Part shown: piece by piece, positions 57,407 through 64,000 of the stretch
Layout: each line of letters starts with the position of its first letter
Position numbering within the stretch: the stretch's first letter is position 1
Source: Dehalococcoidia bacterium
GTDB taxonomy: Bacteria > Chloroflexota > Dehalococcoidia > Bin125
Assembly (NCBI GenBank): GCA_963555985.3
Contig: OY820591.1
Span: forward strand, 864,001-928,000
Length of the DNA: 64,000 bases
Direction of reading: 5' to 3'
Notes under the pieces: generated by a model
The model's database searches: none
The model's input: the letters and a program-made list of their open reading frames with translations, nothing else
Told to the model about the DNA's origin: nothing
Translations under genes and position numbers: made by a program

Positions 57407-58606
57407 TTAGTCGCCGCCGCCGGCTGCTGCTGCGGCGGCGAGGCCGGCGGGCATGGCTTCGGGGACTTCGATGTTGTAGAGCTTGGCGGAGTTCTCCCAG
57501 AGGATTTTGCGCTGCACGTCTTCGGGTTGTCCGCTGAGGCCGGATTCGATGGTCTCCTGGACGTTGCCGTAGAGGCAGGTGGGGTGGGGGAAGTCGGTCT
57601 CGAAGAGGATGTTGTCGGCGCCGATGTCGTCGATCAGCTTGCGCGGGGCGATCTTCTCGAACCAGTAGCAGGCGTAGACCTGACGGCGGAAGTAGTCGCT
57701 GGGCATCATCTCGAATTCGGGGCGGGCCTTGCGCACGTCGGCGGCGAGGAAGTGGTAGTCGCAGCTTTCGAGGCAGAAGGGGACCCAGCCGATGCCGGAC
57801 TCGACGGAGATGAACTTGAGCTCGGGGAAGCGGGGGAGGACGCCGGAGAGCAGCAGGTCGGTCATCTGGAGGCCGTTGGCCATGAAGAGGACGGTGCTGG
57901 TGCGGGCGTAGGTGACTTCGGGGCCGTCCACGGCGAGGCGTTCGGGGGTGAAGCCGTCGGTGAAGTCGCCGGAGCCGATGTGGAAGGAGATGGGCAGTCC
58001 GGTGTCGGTGGCGACGTTCCAGAGCGGGTCCCAGTGGTGGTCGCCGAGGAAGGGCTGGCCGTGAGACTGGGGGTCGCCGGTGAAGAGGATGCCGCGGATG
58101 CCTTTCTGGGCGACGCGCTCGATTTCCTTGACGGATTCTTCCACGTCCCAGAAGGGGATGGAGGCGTTGGCGACGAAGCGTTCGGGTGCGACGGAGATCC
58201 AGTCGATCTGGAAGTCGTTCCAGGCGCGGACGCATTCGAGCATGAGCTCGGGGTCTTTGAGGGAGAGGAAGCGCTGGGAGGCGAAGCCGGCCACGTTGGG
58301 GTAGAGCACCTGGGCGTAGACGCCGGTCTCGTCCATCAGCTTGAGCCGCTCGTGGACGTCGAAGGAGGCGGGGTGGGCTTCTTCGTAGGTTGGAGGCGAG
58401 CTGGGGAACTTGCCCTTCCAGCCGGCGAAGACGCCGGAGGGCGCGGCGGCGACTTTCTGGTCGCCGACGAACCAGGAGTTGATGCCCTTGTCGTCCTGCT
58501 TGACGTGGAGCACCATGTCGCCCCACTTGCTGGAGACGCGGGAAGTCCAGAGGTCGGCGGGTTCGGTGATGTGGGTGTCGGCGTCGATAAAGGTTTGGAA
58601 TGCCAT
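57407..58606 (-). CDS. amidohydrolase_2 family
   Basis: DADTHITEP, SFHIG, VESGIGW, FETDFPH. Confidence 0.9.
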   Translation of the reverse strand: MAFQTFIDADTHITEPADLWTSRVSSKWGDMVLHVKQDDKGINSWFVGDQKVAAAPSGVFAGWKGKFPSSPPTYEEAHPASFDVHERLKLMDETGVYAQVLYPNVAGFASQRFLSLKDPELMLECVRAWNDFQIDWISVAPERFVANASIPFWDVEESVKEIERVAQKGIRGILFTGDPQSHGQPFLGDHHWDPLWNVATDTGLPISFHIGSGDFTDGFTPERLAVDGPEVTYARTSTVLFMANGLQMTDLLLSGVLPRFPELKFISVESGIGWVPFCLESCDYHFLAADVRKARPEFEMMPSDYFRRQVYACYWFEKIAPRKLIDDIGADNILFETDFPHPTCLYGNVQETIESGLSGQPEDVQRKILWENSAKLYNIEVPEAMPAGLAAAAAAGGGD

Positions 58607-58809
58607 CGGTGCTCCTTGTCTCAGGCGGTGCGGCAGTCGCGGGCGCCCCGTGCGGCGCGGGCGCGGGGCGGTTGGATGGGAATAGTGTAACTGCTGCGAC
58701 AGAGGGGCGGGGTTTGGATTGGGCACGGTAGGGACTGGGCGGTCGCGGTTCGCGGCCTGACGGGGGCTGTGAGAAAAAAACGAGGGGGTCGCCGCTTGCG
58801 GTCGGGGGA

Positions 58810-59175
58810 TTACTGCGGTTCTTCCTCTTCTTCGGCGCTTTGCTCGTCCTCGCTGAGGGGCACGTCTTCACCGCGCATCAAGGCGGCGGCCTGGGCGTGG
58901 ACCGAGTGCGGGTAGAGGTGGAAGTCCTTCTTTTGTTCAGGAGTGAGCGGGACTTCGGGCAGGCGAGGAGAGTGGTTGGGTTTGGGCTTGGGCGCGGGTT
59001 CGGGGTGGGGTGGGATGTCGAGGGCGTGGTGGATCTCTCGGGTCTTGGAGTTGGAGGGGGAGAGTTCGCGGATGAGGAGGGCGAGCGCTTTGATGCGGAC
59101 GTGGCCGGCTTCGTTGGAGTGGGCGAGTTGGCCGACGCCGGTCATGCTGGACTGGTAGGTGTGGGGGAAGGGCAT
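58810..59175 (-). CDS. orphan protein similar in layout to 41706-42050
   Basis: AAGAAAGGA RBS; VRIKALALL helix; Pro-rich linker; acidic tail. Confidence 0.55.
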   Translation of the reverse strand: MPFPHTYQSSMTGVGQLAHSNEAGHVRIKALALLIRELSPSNSKTREIHHALDIPPHPEPAPKPKPNHSPRLPEVPLTPEQKKDFHLYPHSVHAQAAALMRGEDVPLSEDEQSAEEEEEPQ

Positions 59176-59215
59176 GGCGGGGTGTTCCTTTCTTGGGGAA
59201 TGCAGGACTCTTGAG

Positions 59216-59244
59216 CTTATATGGATGAATGTTCGGGTGGGTAA
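59216..59244 (-). promoter_or_regulatory. promoter-like motif with a degenerate LexA box
   Basis: minus strand reads CGAACATTCATCCATATAAG, 18/20 identical to 42090-42109. Confidence 0.5.
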
Positions 59245-59289
59245 TTTGGGAGTGTGTTGTGGTTGTCGGTTTGGGGGTTGGGTGCTGGT

Positions 59290-59329
59290 CACGGCGAGAT
59301 ACCCGCGACGGAGCGCGGGTATGACGGAG
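59290..59329. repeat. REP family A
   Basis: identical to 42390-42429. Confidence 0.85.
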
Positions 59330-59360
59330 CTCGTTGAGGCGGGTATGGCGGGGAGGGGTG

Positions 59361-61094
59361 TTAGCGGAGGACGGATTCTCCGGAGATGGCTTTGATGATG
59401 TCGAAGTAGGAGATGACGACGATGAAGATGAGGAGGGCGGCGAAGCCGGCGAGGTGGACGAGGCCTTCTCGTTCAGGAGAGATGCGTTTGCCGCGGCGGG
59501 CGATTTCGATGAGGACGAACATGATGCGTCCGCCGTCGAGCATGGGCAGGGGGAGGATGTTGATGATGGCGAGATTGAGGGAAATGAGGGCGGCGAGTTC
59601 GATCAGGCGAGTCCAGCCGGCGCGGTCGACGACTTCGCCGGTGACGCGGGCGATGCCGACGGGTCCGGAGAGTTCGATCGGATCGCCGCCGGCGACCCAG
59701 GAGCGGATGCGGTTGCGGACGAGGACGAAGGTGTCGGCGGTTTGATGCCAGCCTTGGGCTAGGGATGCACCGAAGCTGTAGCCGCGCCGCTCGATGCGGG
59801 TAGAGGCGTTGGCGATGTTGATGCCGGTGGCGCCCTGGGGGATCGAGATCTCCGCGCCGGGGGTGGGGTAGAGGGGATCGAGCCCGAGTGCGGCGTAGAC
59901 GGCGGTCATGCGGACGCCTTCTTCGGCGGCGATCGAGAGCATGGTGTCGTCGGCCTCGGTGACGTAGGTGTGGCCGCCTGGGAATTGGAGTTCGACGCCC
60001 TCGCGCAGTTCTTCGGTTTCGACGCCCCAGGCGGCGATCACCTGGGCGGCGGAGACGCCTAACCGTTCGGCGATGTCGTGGACGGATTCGCCCTGCTGGA
60101 CGATGTGTTCGAGGGGTTGGGGAGCTAAGCGGGCGTGGACGTGGACGACGAATTGTTCGGGTTCGGCTCGTGTGGTGGCGGCGTCGGTGATTGAGGCGGG
60201 CGGGTCGCGTTCGATCGTCATGGCGAGGTCTTCGCCCATGTTGAGTTGGATCGTTCGGGCGAGGTCGGTGGCGTTGCGGATCTCTTCGCCGTTGACGGCG
60301 ATGATCTTGTCGCCCGGGCGGATACCGGCTTCGGCTGCGGGCGCGCCTTCGACGATGCCGGTGACGAGGGCGGGCCCGGCGGGCACGTTGTCGGGGATTA
60401 ATGCGCCGATGGCGAAGAGGAGGAAGGGGAGGATGGCGTTGACGCCGGCGCCGGCGGCGAGAATGGCGATGCGGGTGAGGCGGGACTTTGCGCCGAGCGA
60501 GCGTGGGTCGATGCCGACGGTGAGGCCGATGACGGAGCCTTCGCCGCCGGTCTCGTTCAGGTAACGCTCGCGGAACTGGTCGGTTTTGAGGTAGCGCTCG
60601 ATTTGTTTCCAGGTGAAGTCTTGTTCGGGGCGTTCGCTGTCGTCGGGGTGGCGGAGGGTGTATTTCCAGGACTTTTTGCGGCCGTCCTCGTCGGTTTGGT
60701 CGTAGACGATTTCCATTTCGTCGTTGGTGAGTCCGAGCAGGACGCGGCCGACGAATTGGTCGGGGGCGACGACGCGCTTGCCGTCGACGTGGGTGATGCG
60801 GTCGCCCGGGTTGAAGAATTTGGCGGTGCGCGCTTCGGGGTCGACGGCGGTGACGAGGAGTCCGGAGGCTTCTTCACCGGTGAGCCGGACGAAGCCGCCG
60901 ATGGGGAGCCAGTTGAAGGAGTAGAGAGTCTCGCCGAACTGCCAGCCTTTGCCGATCCGGGGCGGGAGGCCGATGCCGAATTCTTCGACGCGGACGCCGG
61001 CGAGCTTGGCGGTGATGAAGTGTCCGAGCTCGTGCAGGACGATCAGTCCGAGGAGGATGCCGATGAAGGGGAGGATGGTTTCGAGGAAGACCAT
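59361..61094 (-). CDS. rseP: RIP metalloprotease RseP (M50) with PDZ and two LysM-like domains
   Basis: HELGH, EFGIG, P.GGFV, NILPLPMLDGG; directly after dxr. Confidence 0.9.
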   Translation of the reverse strand: MVFLETILPFIGILLGLIVLHELGHFITAKLAGVRVEEFGIGLPPRIGKGWQFGETLYSFNWLPIGGFVRLTGEEASGLLVTAVDPEARTAKFFNPGDRITHVDGKRVVAPDQFVGRVLLGLTNDEMEIVYDQTDEDGRKKSWKYTLRHPDDSERPEQDFTWKQIERYLKTDQFRERYLNETGGEGSVIGLTVGIDPRSLGAKSRLTRIAILAAGAGVNAILPFLLFAIGALIPDNVPAGPALVTGIVEGAPAAEAGIRPGDKIIAVNGEEIRNATDLARTIQLNMGEDLAMTIERDPPASITDAATTRAEPEQFVVHVHARLAPQPLEHIVQQGESVHDIAERLGVSAAQVIAAWGVETEELREGVELQFPGGHTYVTEADDTMLSIAAEEGVRMTAVYAALGLDPLYPTPGAEISIPQGATGINIANASTRIERRGYSFGASLAQGWHQTADTFVLVRNRIRSWVAGGDPIELSGPVGIARVTGEVVDRAGWTRLIELAALISLNLAIINILPLPMLDGGRIMFVLIEIARRGKRISPEREGLVHLAGFAALLIFIVVISYFDIIKAISGESVLR

Positions 61095-61135
61095 AGGGTT
61101 TAGCGTACTAGGGGTGTTGCGGGTTGGGCGGGGAG

Positions 61136-61207
61136 CCCCCCCTCTGTCACCCCTGCCTGCGCTGGGGCAGGCTTCGTGACATCTCCCCCCGCGATGCGGG
61201 GGGAGAG
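61136..61207. repeat. REP family B with a nested CAGGCT hairpin
   Basis: CCTCTGTCA[insert]..TCGTGACATCTCCCCCCGCGATGCGGGGGGAGA. Confidence 0.8.
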
Positions 61208-61212
61208 GGAGA

Positions 61213-62367
61213 TCAGAGTTGGGCGGCGGCGATGCGGCCGGTGGTGAAGCCTCTGGCCCAGGCGTCGGCGGCGTCGATTGCTTCGAGGGCGGGGTCTTTG
61301 GTTGGGCGATGGGCGTCGAGGGCCTGGTTCACGTACTCGGCGATTTCGGTGAATTTGATGCGTCGTTCGAGGAAGGCTTCGACGGCGATTTCGTCGGCGG
61401 CGGCCATGACGGCGGGGTAGGTGGCGCCGGCGCGTCCTGCCTGCATGGCGAGTTTGAGGCAGGGGTAGCGATCGAGGTCGGGACGGGAGAAGTTGAGAGA
61501 ACCGACGGCGGCGAGATCGAGCGGGTCGGTAGTGGGTTGGAGGCGCTGGGGGTAGGAGAGAGCGATCTGGATGGGGAGTTTCATGTCGGGGTAGCCGAGT
61601 TGGGCTTTGACGGAGCCGTCGCCGAATTCGACGAGGGAGTGGACGATCGATTCGGCGTGCTGGACGACTTCGACGCGGTCGTAGGGGACGTCGAAGAGCC
61701 AGCGGGCTTCGATCGTCTCCATGCCCTTGTTCATCAGGGTGGCGCTGTCGACGGTGATCTTTGCGCCCATATTCCAGGTGGGATGATTGAGGGCTTGTTC
61801 GGGGGTCACGTCGCTGAGTTGGTCGGCGGGGAGGTGGCGGAGGGCTCCGCCGGAGGCGGTGAGGATGATGCGGCGGATTTCTTGGTTGTCTTCGCCCCAG
61901 AGGCATTGCCAGATGGCGGAATGTTCGGAGTCGACGGGTCGGAGTTGGCCGTTGCCGCGGTCGGCGGCAGCGCGAACGAGCGCGCCGGCCATGACGACGA
62001 CTTCCTTGTTGGCGAGAGCTACGGCGCCGCCGCGTTCGAGCGCGGTGAGGGTAGGTTCGAGTCCGGCGCGTCCGGCGGTGCCGACGACGAGGACGTGTCC
62101 GTCGGGGTCGGCGGCCATGGCGTCCATGGGGCAGACGGTTGCGCCGGTGTTGTCGGCGATCTCGTCCAGACGGGTTGGGTCGGCGGCGGCCCAGAGGTAG
62201 CGGGGGCGAAACTCCCGGGCTTGGGCGTGGAGGGCTTCGAGGTTGCGTCCGGCGGCGAGGCCGAGGATGCGGAAGCGGTCGGGCATGGCGCGGACGACAT
62301 CGAGGGTTTGGGTACCGATGCTGCCGGTGCTGCCGAGGAGGACGAGGTTGATGGGGGAGTCGGGCAT
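61213..62367 (-). CDS. dxr: 1-deoxy-D-xylulose 5-phosphate reductoisomerase
   Basis: LGSTGSIG, LANKE, PVDSEHSA, HPTWNMG.KIT.DSAT. Confidence 0.97.
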   Translation of the reverse strand: MPDSPINLVLLGSTGSIGTQTLDVVRAMPDRFRILGLAAGRNLEALHAQAREFRPRYLWAAADPTRLDEIADNTGATVCPMDAMAADPDGHVLVVGTAGRAGLEPTLTALERGGAVALANKEVVVMAGALVRAAADRGNGQLRPVDSEHSAIWQCLWGEDNQEIRRIILTASGGALRHLPADQLSDVTPEQALNHPTWNMGAKITVDSATLMNKGMETIEARWLFDVPYDRVEVVQHAESIVHSLVEFGDGSVKAQLGYPDMKLPIQIALSYPQRLQPTTDPLDLAAVGSLNFSRPDLDRYPCLKLAMQAGRAGATYPAVMAAADEIAVEAFLERRIKFTEIAEYVNQALDAHRPTKDPALEAIDAADAWARGFTTGRIAAAQL

Positions 62368-62378
62368 GAGTTAGGCCG

Positions 62379-63242
62379 TCAGGTGGTCCATTGCAGGAAG
62401 AAGAATACGACGGGGATTCCGAAGAGGAGAGAATCGAGGCGATCGAGGACGCCGCCGTGTCCGGGGATGAGCTTGCTGCTGTCTTTGACGTCCAGGGCGC
62501 GCTTGAACAGGGACTCGGCCAGGTCTCCGATTTGGCCGAAGACGGGGAGGGTGAGCGCGAGCAGGACGAGCGGGTAGATTTCGACTTGGAGGTTGAGGAT
62601 CTGATCGAGGGCGATGGTCGCGCCGAAGCCTCCGAGCCAGCCGAAGATTGCGCCTTCGACGGTCTTGTTGGGCGAGACGGAGGGTGCCAGTTGGCGGCGT
62701 CCGAGCAGGCGTCCGCCGGCATAGGCGGCAGCGTCGGTGGACATGATGGCGAGGATGGCGAGCAGGAACCAGTCGGTTCCGTCGTGGGCGGCGCGGACGG
62801 CGATAAAGGTCGCGCCTGGGAGGGCGAGGTAGAGAGTGGCGGCGAGCAGCGTCAGTCCGCCGGTCACGACCGGCGTGAGGCGTTTGGGGTCGGGCGCATC
62901 GATCGTGGCGACGGCGACGACGGTTGCAGTTCCGGCGATGGCGAGGATGGCGGCCAGAGTTGGCCACTGGAGGGGGATGTGCGCGTTGGTTGCGGCAGCG
63001 GTTCCGATGATTGCGCCGACGGCGGCGGCGGCGATCAAGAACAGGGGACTGCGGAGATTGAGCTTGGTGATCGTGGCGATTTCGCCGAGAGCGATAGTGA
63101 GTGCGAGCGCGATGAAAGCGGCGAAGAGAGGTCCGCCGACGAGGACGACGGCGATGATGATCGGCATTCCGACGGCGGCGGTGATCAGGCGCGCGGCGAG
63201 TCCGTTGCCGAGGCGTTGGCGGCGTGTAGTGGCTGTCGGCAT
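62379..63242 (-). CDS. cdsA: phosphatidate cytidylyltransferase
   Basis: SPNKTVEG, GDLAES..KR..VKDS...PGHGG.LDRLD. Confidence 0.95.
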   Translation of the reverse strand: MPTATTRRQRLGNGLAARLITAAVGMPIIIAVVLVGGPLFAAFIALALTIALGEIATITKLNLRSPLFLIAAAAVGAIIGTAAATNAHIPLQWPTLAAILAIAGTATVVAVATIDAPDPKRLTPVVTGGLTLLAATLYLALPGATFIAVRAAHDGTDWFLLAILAIMSTDAAAYAGGRLLGRRQLAPSVSPNKTVEGAIFGWLGGFGATIALDQILNLQVEIYPLVLLALTLPVFGQIGDLAESLFKRALDVKDSSKLIPGHGGVLDRLDSLLFGIPVVFFFLQWTT

Positions 63243-63298
63243 TGGATTACTTCGGGAACCTTTGGGTAGGTTGGGAGCGGTGACGGAGGTGCTTCACT

Positions 63299-63511
63299 CC
63301 CTCTGTCACCTGCCTGCGGAGAGCTTTGCGAAAGTTAATGTTCTCCGTCATTGCCGCGCTCCGACGCGGCAATCTCGCCGTCTGAGCGACGACGGTGCAG
63401 ATCACGGCGAGATACCCGCGGCAAGCGCGGGTATGACGGTCCTTGATTGACACAAAAGCCTCCCTGCGCGCGGACAGGCTACTTCGTGACATCTCCCCCT
63501 CAAGGGGGAGA
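63299..63511. mobile_element. nested repeat: REP-B > CAGGCT hairpin > 144-bp MITE-like element > REP-A pair
   Basis: split REP-B halves; CCTGCG duplicated at 63313-63318 and 63463-63468; imperfect terminal inverted repeats. Confidence 0.65.
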
Positions 63512-63523
63512 GTTTCTCTTTGG

Positions 63524-64000
63524 TCATCTGATTGGAGGGCGGCCGCCGAAGTTGCGGTGGCGCTGGGCGTAGGCGGCTAGGGCTTTGTCTACGTCTTGTT
63601 CGCAGAAGTCGGGCCAGTAAGTGTCGGTGAAGATGTATTCGGCGTAGGCGGCTTGCCAGAGGAGGAAGTTGGAAATGCGGGTCTCGCCGCCGGTGCGGAT
63701 GATCAGGTCGGGGTCGGGGAGATCGCAGGTGTAGAGGTAGTTGGAGAGAGTGCGTTCGCTGATGTCGTCGGAGTGGAGGTTGTCGGCGACGATGCGTCGG
63801 ACGGCGTCGACGAGTTCGGCGCGTCCGCCGTAGTTGAAGGCGACACAGACGGTCATTTGATCGTTGTCGGCGGTGAGTGCGATGGCTTCTTCGATCTTGC
63901 GGCGCAAGGCGGCGGAGAGGGCGTCGATGCGTCCGATGTAGCGGAGTTGGATGCCGGCTTCGTGGAGGGGCTGGACCTCGCGGTCGATGGTGGCGGAGAG
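63524..64000 (-). CDS. uppS: undecaprenyl/polyprenyl diphosphate synthase (5' part lies outside the window)
   Basis: FNYGGRAE, DLIIRTGGE.RISNFLLWQ.AYAE. Confidence 0.95.
   Translation of the reverse strand, partial: LSATIDREVQPLHEAGIQLRYIGRIDALSAALRRKIEEAIALTADNDQMTVCVAFNYGGRAELVDAVRRIVADNLHSDDISERTLSNYLYTCDLPDPDLIIRTGGETRISNFLLWQAAYAEYIFTDTYWPDFCEQDVDKALAAYAQRHRNFGGRPPIR

Noticed and set aside
58760-58810. cos-like site downstream of the orphan ORF (A-run next to G-runs)
   Set aside because: Only a vague resemblance; it could equally be a minus-strand terminator with a U-tract.
27659-63511. CRISPR array from the repeated palindromes
   Set aside because: The repeats are dispersed, not regularly spaced with unique spacers, and no cas genes are present.

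Overview
High-GC bacterial chromosomal window. Gene content (expanded LLM, SDR, amidohydrolase, CoA-transferase and P450 paralogues, plus uppS-cdsA-dxr-rseP) suggests Chloroflexota, probably Dehalococcoidia-like; this is inference. Core and catabolic genes include metH, nhaA, an isocitrate/isopropylmalate-family dehydrogenase, a three-subunit molybdoenzyme with MoaD, tandem SDRs, tandem P450s and CaiB-type CoA-transferases. These are interspersed with small TA/defence-like cassettes and many short palindromic repeats, some nested. I found no rRNA, tRNA, CRISPR array, integrase, transposase or reverse transcriptase. Most notable observations: (1) a 30.3-41.5 kb copper/heme/diiron locus with an active-plus-degenerate pair of ferritin-like proteins, a CopC-CopD-cytochrome c fusion and an apparently circularly permuted CcdA; (2) three REP + SOS-box-like promoter + orphan-ORF modules, one ending in a terminase-like fragment; (3) an RseP with two LysM-like domains; (4) a FIST protein fused in frame to an antitoxin-like tail upstream of MazF; (5) three tandem 420-bp PaREP1-like genes; (6) a four-layer nested repeat; (7) an NYN gene behind a structured leader. 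All family calls come from recognising motifs by eye; no searches were run.
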